This document shows positions 26,901-41,096 of a stretch of DNA of 64,000 nucleotides, in pieces (within the stretch, counting starts at the first letter, position 1; the number at the start of each line of letters is the position of its first letter). Source of the DNA: Schmidtea polychroa (taxonomy: Eukaryota); NCBI GenBank assembly GCA_044892525.1, contig CM097885.1:236966001-237030000 (forward strand). Reading direction: 5' to 3'. A program made the translations under genes and the position numbers. Below the pieces are notes generated by a model. It had not been told where the DNA came from, made no database searches, and was given only the letters and a program-made list of their open reading frames with translations.

Positions 26901-27981
26901 ATATGGAAACCATCCTACATGGAAAAGATGTGTTCTTTGACCACAAACAAGATTATATACAAAAATCAAGGAAATGATTTTATATAATATAAAACACGCT
27001 GATTGTCAAATAATTATAAGATATTTAGTTCTGATTATTGTTATGTAAAATTAATGACAAAAATCATTCAAAGATCAAAGACTTATTAAAAGCATTTATT
27101 GTAAAGTGTGGTAAAGGTTAAATATGCAATTAATATTATTAAATCAATATACTATCTATTTAAATAATTTTATTGATTTATTAATATGGAATTATATTTA
27201 GATTTTATATTAATAGTTTTCTTATTTAACCAAAATTTTCGGTACTGCGTTTATCTAGTGCTACTAAAAATATACTGCCAAAGATTTGTGTTAAATAGGA
27301 AGAACAACGATTTATAGTTGAAATGGGGATTTTAAAGGGGAAAATATCAAATCAAATGTCATCTTTCTAAATGAATATTATCCACATAAAAATTGCAATA
27401 AAATACAGGCAATCATCGTAAATGAGTATATACATTTATTTATAATTACATCTATCAGATTTTGAAATATTAATTGTTTTTATATAATATAAAATTTGAA
27501 TTGTCAATTTTTGAAATCAATAAATTTAATTATTAAGTTTATTTAAAATTCTAGTGGTTTCGATAGTTTTGGACGAGTGTGGGATTTACGTTCTGGGCGA
27601 TGCATTTACTTTCTTGAAGGTCACTCTGATAAAATTCTTTCTGCAGTTTGGTCGGACAATGGTTGTCATATGGCAACAGGAAGTGTAGATAATACCGCCA
27701 AAATTTGGGATTTACGATATAAACAATGCATTTATACTATTCCAGCCCATCAGAGCTCAGTAAGTGCTGTGAAATTCCAACCAGGACTTAGCCAATTTCT
27801 TTTAACGACTTCGTATGATCATAAAACCAAGATATGGGCTCATCCTACATGGACTCCAATCAAAGAAATGACGGAACACACTGAGAAAATTATGCATTCA
27901 GATATCAGCCGTGACTGTAATTATATCGCAACATGTTCGTCTGATAAACAAGTTAAACTTTGGAGTGTTCCATCTATGTAA
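20939..27981 (+). CDS. PRPF4: U4/U6 snRNP protein Prp4 (PRP4 motif + WD40 repeats), 7 exons, ~458 aa
   Basis: Exons 20939-20957 (least certain), 21111-21181, 21222-21294, 21344-21465, 21518-21694, 25823-26310, 27555-27981, all with GT-AG introns in consistent phase. Peptides STEDSEVRMQLRELGEPICCFGEDAADRRERLR, WYHKG, HCQFSPNNKYLATASWSG, FHPSGRFLAT, EEILHQEGH, GRVWDLRSGRCI. Confidence 0.93.
21775..22630. repeat. 30/31-bp G-rich minisatellite in PRPF4 intron 5
   Basis: Unit TGGGAATTAGGGGGACTTATGGTGTTTGAA, ~28 copies, with three variants cycling in a ~91-bp higher-order repeat. Confidence 0.95.
23740..24184 (-). mobile_element. Internally deleted hAT element (GC-rich terminus joined to the C-terminal dimerisation domain)
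   Basis: Minus strand starts CATGGGCGTCCG...GGGGCACTTGCCCCCCC, then encodes FPAIKKSFLIALTLPVSTCTVERSFSTLRRVKTWLRS. Confidence 0.75.
25580..25700. repeat. 13-bp tandem repeat (TATTGATAAATTA)
   Basis: About 9 near-perfect copies. Confidence 0.9.
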
Positions 27982-28307
27982 TTGTTTGTAATAAAATTTA
28001 TTAAATTCATCTTTTTTACAATTATTATTTTAATCTAAGAAATTAATTGGCAATTTTAAAAATGTATTACTTTTCTCTTTAAAAAAGATATACAAAAATT
28101 CACTGATCATAAATCATAACAAAATTTATTCATAAATTTAAAGATATAATAAATACCAATGATTTACACAAATTTTTCAGTGATTAACTTCAATTCTTAA
28201 ACTTTATACTAAGATTTAAAAACGAACCGACAGTATAACAACCTGTTTCGATAAAGAATTATGTAGAAATGGAATTTTCATAATTGATTGATATACAAAA
28301 TTTAATT

Positions 28308-28811
28308 TTATCTGTTTTGATAGCAAAGTTCACAATTAAAATAAGAATTTCGATTTATAAAACTGCAACTAGAACATGTCCACTCATCAAATCTAGCTCT
28401 TTTAATCTGAAATTCATCTTCAGTTTTCATGTAACGTTTTTTGCAAGCACATTTTGCACAATACAAAGAACTTAATTTATTTTGCATATGACAATTGTGG
28501 CATTTCCAATCGTCAGAAACTTTTGATAATTTATTAAAAGGATTAATTTTAACATTCAACTGAGTTCTTTTAAATTTTGATGTGGTTGAACTATTTTTTG
28601 AAGATTCACTCTTAACGAAAATTTTTCTACTCGGCATTTCATTAATTGGTGTATCACAAACATTGCATTTAGCAGTGTTTCTCTCTATTATGTTATCACA
28701 ATAATCACATTTTAAGATTCCATTGTCGGATGAAATATCAGTAAAAGTTTTCGAAAAATGAAACGGATTATTGGATGATCCTTGATTATTTCCTAAATTA
28801 AAAGGTTTCAT
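28308..28811 (-). CDS. RanBP2/NZF-type zinc-finger protein, intronless, 167 aa
   Basis: CDYC...CNVC, WKCHNCHMQN...CAKC and WTCSSCSFIN...CELC match the W-x-C-xx-C-xxx-N-x6-C-xx-C pattern. Confidence 0.75.
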   Translation of the reverse strand: MKPFNLGNNQGSSNNPFHFSKTFTDISSDNGILKCDYCDNIIERNTAKCNVCDTPINEMPSRKIFVKSESSKNSSTTSKFKRTQLNVKINPFNKLSKVSDDWKCHNCHMQNKLSSLYCAKCACKKRYMKTEDEFQIKRARFDEWTCSSCSFINRNSYFNCELCYQNR

Positions 28812-29782
28812 GAGTAATTTGTTTCATCCTCTAATTTTTAAATATATATATATAACACACTGTATTAAAACAGTCAAATATTTGTTTGGTAATTTTCTGC
28901 TAATTTAGATAACTTTAAAATATCAAAAATAAATAAATATATTAACCAAGTTTTAATTTTAAACTAATTACTGACAGAATTTTATGTGTTACAATTCGGA
29001 TAACCAATTAGTTCCACTGTAATATAGAAATAAACCAACTATTCTAAAATATTAAAAAACAATAATTTACAATTACCAGTGTTGCTATATGTTGGTGTTC
29101 TGGTACCTACCGGTTAAATCTTTGTTTCAATACATAACAGAGTTTTGTTTATTGTTTGAGTACCTCGTCTATGATTATGTAAAGTAAGGAAATTACATAA
29201 CCTTTTACAATTAATTTTAAAAATTAAGGATCGTCCTAAGGAATGTAAGCCAGAATACAATGGTGTCTTACCACTTGATACCCGTTGAGGGATCAACGTT
29301 GCAACTGCATCAAGTGGGTGAGTACCAGCAAGAAGTGAGCGTGCTTTTCCAAACTATAATTGGCAGGTACTCGTATGGGTTCACGGAATACTGACAGGAG
29401 ATTATGCCCTTTTTTGCTCTGGTCCCTATCTCTTAACGATTCCCACCCCCAAACTAATTCAACAGGGTCTTTATTCATTATGAACTCTCACATCCACACT
29501 TATCAACACTCCCGGCTCAATCCGTTACATTTAATTCCTAGTTCTCAGGTAGGTGCTCCTTCCTATCATTATGTCTAACTTTAAGTTGTTTCCTTATTAA
29601 TGCGGTCATTCTACATTGAATTAACTCTAAAGGAGTCTGATTGTAAGGTAACTCAATTATCGAACATAGAACCATTTCTCAACCAACTAATACCTCTAGG
29701 CGCCTATGTTGATATCCGGAAGAGATTTAATTTTACTTTAAATTTATTAAAAAGGGAGCTTGAAGACTATAAATCAGTAATA

Positions 29783-31016
29783 CAGGGTTTTTCATCATAT
29801 TTTGACATTTTGTCAATCAATTTTGACATTTTGTTAATTTTAGAAGAAAATTAAAAATTAAATTAAAAATTAAATTAAAAATTAAATTAAAAAATAAATT
29901 AATAAATAAATTAATAAAATTAAAAAAAAATGAGAAAGTAAATAAAAATACTACTTTTATTCATCAATAACCGGCTCATTTCTTATGCAAAAAGGTAAAA
30001 ACCCTAACATATGCCTAAAATAATTTTTACAATCATCAGATGAAATAAAGGAAGAACCATTCTCAATATTTTCGAATAACTGATCTTCACCTTCAGGTCT
30101 CGAACTACGTATAAATTGTTTCCATTTTGAAAATAGGTTCTCTATAGGGTTAAGAAATGGAGAATAAGGTGGCAAAAATAGGATTCTATGTCCTGATATT
30201 TCAATTTCTTCTTTTATTGCAATATTTTTATGAAATGGAACATTGTCCATGATAAAAATTGCACCTGAAATATTCAAAGATGACATTTTTTCAATTATTA
30301 AGCGTATAAACTCAAGAAAACTTTGTGTATTATACGATTTAGTCTGAGGAAAATATTTAAAAATCCCTTCTTTGTTCATGGCACAGCAAACAGATATATT
30401 TCGTGCTCTTATAGAAGAAACATTTTGAACAGCACGTTTATTTTTCAAAGATCTTCCTCTTCGTGATCTTATAGAAACATTGAATCCGACTTCATCGATA
30501 AAAAAAATTTTAGAATCATCGATAGTTGACAATAATTCCATAAAACGATTCGCATATTGGGCTCTAAGTTCAATAACTTCCACGGTATTCCTTTTTATCG
30601 GCATTATATTGATGCGCTTCATACTATAACCAAATCCACCTATACATCTATTAATCGTGCTTTGACTTACTACCACACCTCTCTCAAGCTCAATCTTCGA
30701 CTTTATTTGCTTTAAAGTAAGCGCGCAATTTTCATCAATCCATCCTCTGATTGCTTCTTTATCTTGCTCTGACAAGCTTTTTCTCCGCTGACCTCCCCTT
30801 TGCTTTTTTTAATAGATTCATGGTTTTTATACTTTTTTATTATGCTATAAATAGTGGTTCTTTTAAAACCCAAAATTGATGATAAATCCGAGGCACTATG
30901 CCCTTTTATATAGGCTTGTATAATGCGATTTCTGTCTTCGTTATTAATGTTTTGGTTTTTCATTAGAAAATGTCAAAATTGATTGACAAAATGTCAAAAT
31001 ATGATGAAAAACCCTG
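29783..31016 (-). mobile_element. Tc1/IS630-like DD34E transposon, full length (1234 bp)
   Basis: 50-bp perfect TIRs (CAGGGTTTTTCATCATATTTTGACATTTTG...) and TA TSD at 29781-2 and 31017-8. Confidence 0.95.
29957..30963 (-). CDS. DD34E transposase in two overlapping frames (HTH + DDE), joined by a -1 shift at an A7 run
   Basis: The 30963-30712 frame encodes the HTH. The 30775-29957 frame has FIDEVG, MDNVPFH and PPYSPFLNPIE, with 34 residues between D and E. Confidence 0.85.
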
Positions 31017-31492
31017 TATATCGATGTTTTTTGATACTCACGAATTTTCGGCACTGCATTTTTCAAGCGAATTTCTAATTCTTATTGTTCAACCCTTATG
31101 TTGAATTGAATTTAGTTACTTAATTCATTTAAGGAACTTAATGGTTATCCTATTTAATTCATTTTACTCTGGTCACTAGTCCTTATTATTCAATCATTAT
31201 AGTAAATTAAATTTAGTATTTATTTAGGTAAGTTAATAAAACAAAATTCTTTTGTTTTAATATTCTAACTCGTTAATACGTCCCAGAAACTTTCATCATG
31301 ATCCTACTGGGATATTTTCAAAGCAATTTGCGGTGTTAAAGTTTATTATTATCCCAGGACTTTCTAGGATATTCAGAAGCGCCACGATTACAAAAATGAG
31401 AATATTTCATATTTAGGTCAATATTAACAAGTTCCAATATATAAATTTAGCATAGTGTCATTAGCGGAAAGTCGGTGCAAAAGGGTTAAATA

Positions 31493-32720
31493 TGTTGGTC
31501 ACTTAGGGGTGTGTCATTTTATTTTTACATGTATTAGGGGTAATTGTATATGTTAAATCTACTCCTTCCTAATCGCTTTCATGACTATTATACTTTAGAC
31601 CATCTGTGTACCCATGGTGACGACCATGTTGGTACTGTACACAATGGTTGAAAATCAATGAGCAGGTGAGCTCAATTGCTAAAACTACTCCTCATTGTAT
31701 TTTCCTTTCGGGTTCTAGAATGTCGATAGAAAGTCTTACGTCATTATACATTGTCTATTTCTATTGTTGGATCATCGACCTGTCTTCATTTAACTATAGT
31801 TCTTATTTCTGGATGTTTTCTGTGATTCTCTTCACAGATTTTGTGCAGGGATCGGCCCTTATTTTCAAGTTAATAAATGTGGTTCCATACTTCCCATAAA
31901 ATTTGAGCAGGGATCTACCTGTATTTTTTATTCTGCACCATCTGACATCCTAACCACTCGTAGATTCTAAAAGATTACCCCAACTGAACCTTATCTATCG
32001 ACAACCGATCTTAGTTATTATATCCACTACTCCTAGCTCAATCGTATTCAAAAAAATAACGATGACGGATCCGTCCTATGCTACCTCTATTTAAAACAAG
32101 GCTCCAAACTGTCCAAAATGTTCTCCCATTGACCCTATCTCTAACTATACTCTGTAAAACGATGTGCCAAACTTGTGAAACATCCACTGTCCAACGGCAC
32201 GAGTACCATCAGTTTTCGAACATTTAATCAATCTAGGACCATCAAAGCATAAAAATCATGAAAATCCAATCCAATAACATTCCTGTAGATTGTATGTACT
32301 ACTCAAAATTTCAAAAAAAAACAAAATAAACAATTAAAAGGAACAGAACATAAAAAATAACTAAACTAATTTAACTTTAAAGTTTTATTAAATTATGACA
32401 TTACATTAGTTTACATAAAATTACCAAAATCCAATTCAACTTACCGCGATGGCATGAACCGAAAACTGAGAGTGTCTATCGATGTCTGGCAAAACAAGAT
32501 TGATTTCAAGTTAAAACTTAGTTGTCTAACTTAATTTTCAATCAGTATTTATACTGATTTTGACTGTGCATGCATGCATTCTTTACCACTAAATCCAATC
32601 AGAATGCGATAAATTTTGAATTACTTTTGCATGCATGCATGAGTGTGTGTAATTATTTATTTTTAATTTAATTAATTTATTAAATCAAAATTTTTTAATT
32701 TTTATTAATTTTTACGAATA
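31493..32720 (-). repeat. Truncated diverged copy of the LTR at 32825-34667
   Basis: Starts TGTTGGTCACTTAGGGGTGTGTC and shares many blocks with 32825-34000 (GTACCCATGG.GACGACCATG, ATCAGTATTTATACTGA, CCAATCAGA). Confidence 0.75.
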
Positions 32721-32824
32721 TGAGTATTAGTAGTGTTGGGATTGTTAGTATTACTTTTATCCAGTGCGGTCACCAAAACACATAGGACAAGTTATTAGTT
32801 AAAATAGCAAAGGAATTAATATAA

Positions 32825-34667
32825 TGTTGGTTACTTAGGGGTGTGTCATTTTAAATTTTTAAATGCATTAGGGGTAGTCATATATATTCACTCGACTCTT
32901 TCCTAAGCACCTCCATGACTATTGCAATTTAACCATTTGTGTACCCATGGCGACGACCATGTTGGTACTGTACACAAAGGCGAAAAAACAATGAGCAGGT
33001 GAGCTCCATTGCTAAAACTACTCCCCATTGTATTTTCTCTTCGGGTCCTAGACGGCCGATAGAAGGTCTTACGTCATTGATCATTTTCTATTTCTACTTT
33101 TCTATCTCATTCGGTTATGGTCCTCATTTCCAGATACTTTCCATTGTTTCGTTTCAAAATTTTGTACAGGGATGCGCCCTTATTTTTCTATTAATAAATG
33201 TGGCTAGGTATGTTTGAGCAGGGATCGGCCCTTATTTTCCAGCTAATAATTATTGTTCTACACTTCCTACAATACCTAAATTATCCTTTGAAAAATTTGA
33301 GCAGGGATTGGCCCTTATTTCCAAGTTAATCCGCGCTGCCCCTAATATTTAAATTGTACTTCAAAAAATTTGAGCAGGGATCTGCCTGTATTCTCGGTCC
33401 TAACCTATGTTTGACCAAAGTACTTCCAGCGATAGGACCCGTGAGGAAGCCCCCACATTTCGGCCCAATCCAGCTGCGTGATTGAAGAACCTCATGTCCA
33501 CCGGCTGAGCTCCCGAAGGCACCTCATACCATGACATGAAGTTCCTCAACTCCACGTTACTATCGTTCACAATCAACAAATAATGTAATTGAACTCAATA
33601 AAAACTATTATTTAAAACTTGAAACTAAATGAAATTAAACAATTAAAAAGGACAATAAAAGAAAATTTAACTGAGACATTAATTGCATATAAAATTTATT
33701 AATTAAGACACTTCGTAAAAATTACAAGAATAATAACAAATAAATTACCACATCCACGATGGCATAAAATCGAAAACTGAGAGCTTTACTGTCTGCAAAT
33801 TACATTGTGGTGCTGGAAAAAAAGTTTTTCAAATGAATCTGTGATCAGTATTTATACTGATTTTGAATGCGCATTCATGCATTTGCTGCCACTCTATCCA
33901 ATCAGAGTGCGAGAAATTTTGAATTAGTTTTGCATACATGCATGAGTGTGTGCAATTGTTTATTTGTTTTTAATTTCATTAAATTAATTAATTACTTATT
34001 TAATTTTTATTAATTTTAATTTTATAAATTTTATAATTTAAATAATATGAGTTATATTAATTTTTATTAATTTAAACATTTTTATTCTTTAAATTTAGTA
34101 AGTTACATAACCATTTAATTCTATAAACTTTACAATTTACATAATGCTAACTAATTTTATTATTTTGACGATTTAATTTTTATATTGTTTAAATAATTTT
34201 CAACTAATTCTATTTTACATTTTATTATTTTTTTATCGAAGTTTTTTAAGTGTTGAATTTTTCTGTTAAATTTATTTATCTCTTTATTCTATTATACGGG
34301 GTTTATTGATTCTTAATGTGTGATGTAATTTATTTTATTTATTTTAAATTAAACCTTGGTCATAAATTTTTCCAACTTTGCGGTTTTTGTGTTAGGTATT
34401 TTCGATCGTTTAAAACAGTGGTTCTCAAACCTTTTTGATCACGACCCAAATTTTTGACATTTCATGCCAAAAATTTTATTGCGACCCACATGACAAAGAT
34501 TAAATAAATTTAAAAGGCTTAAACTTCCAAAATTTATATTTGTAGATCTTTCCATAAGTCATCGCGACCCACCAAAAATTCTTTCGCGACCCAAAAATGG
34601 GTCGCGACCCATAGTTTGAGAAACACTGGTTTAAAACAAACTCTCAGTTCTCGGTTTCAGCCCAACA
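32825..34667 (-). mobile_element. Probable solo LTR (~1.6 kb plus a nested MITE)
   Basis: Ends TGTTGG...CCAACA with a 4-bp flanking duplication ATAA (32821-4, 34668-71). Minus-strand CTGATTGG and TATAAATA promoter-like motifs at ~33900 and ~33850. Confidence 0.6.
34416..34628. mobile_element. hAT (Charlie-like) MITE, 213 bp
   Basis: TIRs CAGTGGTTCTCAAAC / GTTTGAGAAACACTG (14/15 match); 8-bp TSD GTTTAAAA at 34408-15 and 34629-36. Confidence 0.93.
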
Positions 34668-34817
34668 ATAATATACATTACAATAGACTCCAACAACTAT
34701 AGAAAAGGATAATTATTTATTTTGGGGTTTTAAAATGAAAAGGGCAATTGACAAAATAACTAAAATTCAAAATTTTAATTTATTTCGAGGACGAAATTTT
34801 TTTAAAGGGGGGAGATA

Positions 34818-35761
34818 TGTTGAGGATACCTAAATGAAAAATAACATAATAAATAAATAAATTACCTGGGGGAAGATCGTCATGACAAATCGGACGATCT
34901 ATGGGAACTCAGAAAAGAAAACAGAAGTAAAAGAAATTAAAAATGAGAAAGATAAATCAAATAAAAGGAAACAAACAAGAAATTAAAACAAAGGTCATTG
35001 TTAATTAAGAAGTACAAGTGAAGGTGGAATTTCAAATTCCAGAAAAAACAAAATAAGGGAAAAAGCCGCATCTTGACAACCTGTCAAAGATAGCGAAATT
35101 GTCGGGAGAAGGCGGCTTAACAGAAGAGGAAGATGGAAAATATCTCGACATCTGTCATAGATAAGGCTGAGGTAGAGGAAAAGAAAGATGGTAAACAGAA
35201 TCTGTCGCCAGTGCCACAAGCAAAACAACTATATAAAGGAAAACTGGTGGACGAGAAATCAGAACAGATTGAGAACAAATTGAGAGCAAATTTAGACAAA
35301 TTTGGAGCGAAAAGTAGAGCGGAAACAGAACGAAGTTGAGAGGCAAAAAGTAGAGTAAAATTAGAGACGACAGAGTAAAAAGGGGAATCGAAACAGAGTG
35401 AAAAGAGAAGTGACAAGAGTCTTTTATAAAATTGAATATAAAGTAAAAGTGGAGTAAATAAATTGTGTGGTCAAAGCAAATAGAACAATCGATCAACATA
35501 TTCTGTAATTGAGTAGTTGACGGCTAGTGATTATTGTTGTGGTTACAGAAAGGGCTATTCTTCAAGTAGTGTCGAAATAAGATCTGTGTAATAAATTGGT
35601 TTATAGTTAATTGGTTGTAATTGAAATTTGTACTACTACGTGTGGATATTAATAAAGCTTATTGTGTTCGAGAGTGTTGAATTGCGAATTAATAAACACG
35701 CTTTGGAGCCAGATTAAAGGTTTGAATTTACAAATATTGTCACCAACACAATAACCCAACA
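34818..35761 (+). mobile_element. Gypsy-type LTR (944 bp)
   Basis: TGTTG...CAACA ends and AATAAA at ~35651 and ~35691; polypurine tract immediately upstream, PBS immediately downstream. Confidence 0.8.
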
Positions 35762-35766
35762 TATTT

Positions 35767-35784
35767 TGGTGAGCCCGACGTGAT
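35767..35784 (+). promoter_or_regulatory. Primer-binding site, tRNA-Trp type
   Basis: TGGTGAGCCCGACGTGAT differs at one position from the usual tRNA-Trp PBS TGGTGACCCCGACGTGAT; it lies 5 nt after the LTR's terminal CA. Confidence 0.8.
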
Positions 35785-35940
35785 CAAGAGTTGGTGAAAA
35801 GATTGTTAAAAGGAAAATTGTAAAAATAAAGTGTGGTAAATTGAAATTATTAAAGTGATTGTGAAAAGTTAAATTATTTATTGTAATAATAATTTGAGAT
35901 TTAGATTTTGTGCAAATTGAAAACGAAATAATTTATTAAA

Positions 35941-36470
35941 GTGAACCGATATTATTTACGAAGCCAGAGTAAAAAGGAAAAGATAATGAGCAGTGAAGAT
36001 TTTCCAGTTTCAGTTATTAGAGAAAATAATGATTTTGCCAGTTGTCAGAGGTTGCCTGTAGAGCAATATGGAGGAGATCCAATTATATTTGTTGATTTTA
36101 TGAGTGATTACTCTATGTATGCAAGGGCCTATGGATGGTCTCAAGCAATCATGATTCAAAGATTACTTTATATCTTAAAGGGGCAGCTAGAGAGGTGTGG
36201 CAACAAATCGACAGGAAAACAATCGGCAATGATTGGGCCAAATTAAAAGATGCATTGGCTGCTAAACTTATTGGAGGAGATATAAAGAGATTAATGCGTC
36301 AAAAATTTTATAATAGAGTTCAAAATCCAAATGAAACAGTGAGCGAATTTGCATATCATTTATCGAACCTTGCCAGCAAATCCTTTGAAGAAGATTCGAA
36401 ACAACCAGGATTAGCTCAACAGATGCAGGAGCTGATTCAAGACCAATTTTTGTCAGGAGTAAATAAAGAC
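35941..36470 (+). pseudogene. Gypsy gag (Retrotrans_gag) fragment, frameshifted and 3'-truncated
   Basis: YGGDP...YARAYGW, then LYLKGAAREVW...WAKLKDAL...RVQNPNETVSEFAYHL...DQFLSG in a second frame. Confidence 0.8.
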
Positions 36471-36999
36471 GGCATTGTGCTGTGTAGACTATGACAATTT
36501 TGATGAACTGAAAATTCTGAATCTGGTGCATCTTGGAATTTGTTTTATTGCTGTCACTTGTGTATAATAATTTTCTCCACAGGCAATGATGATTGGTGAA
36601 TTGACACTGGTCGGAGTGGTGTTGATGAGTTGATGATTGTGAATCTGGTACAGCTTGGAATTTATTCTATGTACAACTGATGGTATCAGTTGACGATCTG
36701 TCATTTTGTTGTCGGCGTAGAAATCAAAATTAGATTGAATTATGTTATTCTCGCCCTATCATCTAGTCGAGTCGTTGGCATTCCGGGGAAAACCAAAAAA
36801 AAAATAAATAAATGAAAGGCACAAAGTGCCGTAGTTCAAGTGGCGCCGAGTGCCCACATAAATCAAATGGGATGAATAAAAAAGTGTAATAAATAAAACT
36901 GGCACCAAATGCCAAGAAAAAATCAAAGGCACTGTAGTGCCGCAAAATTAGAATAAATAAAATGCAGATAAATTTGCAATGAAATTAAATAAAATTTTA

Positions 37000-38678
<1,679 letters not shown>

Positions 38679-38869
38679 GTAATGGTGTAAAATATTTTTG
38701 TCGGATGTCTCACTTGAATAAAATAAACAGTACAAGCTTTGTGATACCCAGTGCAAATCCCAATAGTAGACTAGTTTCGAGCTTTTGGCTCTCATCAGTA
38801 CTATGCAGAAGACACGAAGATTTCTCTTCGCGCCAGGTAAGTATACAATATTGTTGATTCAACTCTATT

Positions 38870-40130
38870 GCATACTTTCCCCGGTACACTGGAAATCACA
38901 TCGCTTGCAAAATAGCTTGATCACAGAAAAAATCTGTAAACTTGTAAACATGGCGTATGAAAAATCATAATCACCTCTGCAGACTAAAAAATTAGTCGAT
39001 ACATCAATATAGAAGCTGCCCTATCATGGCTCAATGGTAATACATAAAAAAACTTTGGAAATAAATCCTTCTTCTCTAAATTCAGAAAATCTGTCGACCT
39101 CTTAAGACGTAAATATGGAATTTATGTCAAAATTCTCTTCCTAGATAATTTCTACCAGCTGGAAATCAAATACAAAGACAGAATCAATTATTTCTTCTCT
39201 ACAAATCTCAACAACTCCTCATCTGAACTCCACTCCATAATAGGTTTAATAGACGCTGAGAAATGGACTACCCTGAGTTGCAAGGGTCATATTGCTAAAT
39301 CCATATGCAATAGTAGCACGGCTGACTTCCTGGTTAAAACCGACACTCTTACTGACGCTCAATACTTATTCCTTCTTAGATCCAGAAACAATCTTCTAAA
39401 ACTAAACTTCACACCACATATACTGAAAACTAAAAAAAATATTCTATGTAGGCACTGCAACTCGCACCCAGAAACACAGGCGCATATCTTTAACCACTGC
39501 CCTGCAAAATTAAACGCACGAAGGAACAAGCACACTCGACTACTAGATGCTGTCTGTCAATCACTACTTAATTTCGGCTTTAAAATTGACATTGAACGTA
39601 CACCACAGGGACTTGAAACTACACTCATACCTGACCTGCTAATCAGATTATCTAGGAATAAAATTACTCACATCCTAGATATCAAGGTGCCCTATGAGCA
39701 AAGGGAAAATCTTAAAAAAGCGGATGATGAAAACTACGGAAAATATGCCAACATAGCAATTCAAATTGAAAAATGCCATAAAGTATAAACTACATTATCA
39801 ACATTAATAATAGGTACACTGGGCTCTTGGTACAATAAAAATGATCAAGTTCTCAGTAAAATCGGATTATCTAAACCAGAAATAAAAAGTCTTGCAAGAA
39901 ATGCATGCACAGCTGCAGTAATAAGCAGCTACCACATCTTTAAGGAGCATACCCTTAAAGAATAATATATTTTTATATATAGTATATGTACTCAGAGCAT
40001 ACCCATATCTATTTGAACATTATGGTTATTATAAAGATACCACGATAAAATTCTTAGTTGTTTGTAATTCATGAAATCGCCTCCGAAAAGGTTGAGATGT
40101 ATTCTAAATTATATTGACTAATAAACTACT
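38870..40130 (+). mobile_element. 3' portion of an RLE-class non-LTR retrotransposon (R2/NeSL/R5-like), decayed
   Basis: The frame 39048-39965 reads ...YLFLLRSRNNLL...CRHCNSHPETQAHIFNHC...RRNKH...IPDLLI...LDIKVPYE...KY...IGTLGSW (CCHC knuckle + PD-(D/E)xK endonuclease). Internal stops at 39045 and 39786. Confidence 0.85.
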
Positions 40131-41096
40131 ATATATTTCCACTATTAATATAATATATACCCTCTCTATAAAATAAAGGTCATATAAAGTCGTAATCAAA
40201 ATTATACCCTAATATTTTGCTGTTTGCCTCAATTATAATCTCTTAATTTAAAAAAAAATTAATTAACTGAGAGTTAGATATAATAACCCTAACTCTTTAA
40301 TGCGATATTAATATCAATATATCAAAATTTTTGAAATTAATCCACTTTCCGTGATCAGATCTATCTGAAATTTTGATGTCATGCAGTGTTCCCGACAACG
40401 AATCTACTTGCCAAATTTCAGTTCAATCGATTGAAAAAGTAGGTTAATTTGACTTCACAAAATTTGCGTGGCACATATAAACCTACATCAACGAAGATAA
40501 TATAGAGTAAAAATAACAATTTCCTGAGAGAAAAAGTAGCCCAGTGTTACCCATAGATTCGGACAACCCGGGCATTTTTCATCGGCCCACAGTTTTATAA
40601 ACACTGTATTGAATAGATTTCGAATGAAAATTTTCAACTGATTATTAAAAAATTAAAAATGACTCATTATGATTTAAATTACAAAAAAAATTATAATTAA
40701 AGTTAAATATTCCAAATGAAATAAATTACAACAAATAAAATTAAATACATAAAATAATAATAATAGAAAATAATAATTAATATTAATAAAAAAATGACAA
40801 ATAAATAAAACTAATTAATAAAAACTAATTAAAAATATTTCAAAGTCCCATTAAGATTTATTTAATCAGTATTCATCTGCTTGAAAGCAATAATATTTAT
40901 TAGCTACTGTCATTGAATGAGTAGTAAAAAGTTCAAAAAGTACTTCAGATGGCATACATGTTACTGCATTTCAAGTATTACCAAGAGTTTAATTTGAAAT
41001 TTAGTCCATGGCCACCAACTGACCAGTGAATATCTGCTCATCAAATAATTGGAAACTTATTCAACAAATTTATAACGATGATAAAATATACAAATT

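Noticed and set aside
38778..38795. U2 snRNA-like CTTTTGGCT near the RLE element
   Set aside because: The match is too short, with no branch-point-pairing or Sm-site sequence.
40370..40600. Helitron/Helentron-like non-autonomous repeat (CCAAATTTCAGTTCAATCG)
   Set aside because: Termini and hairpin could not be defined.
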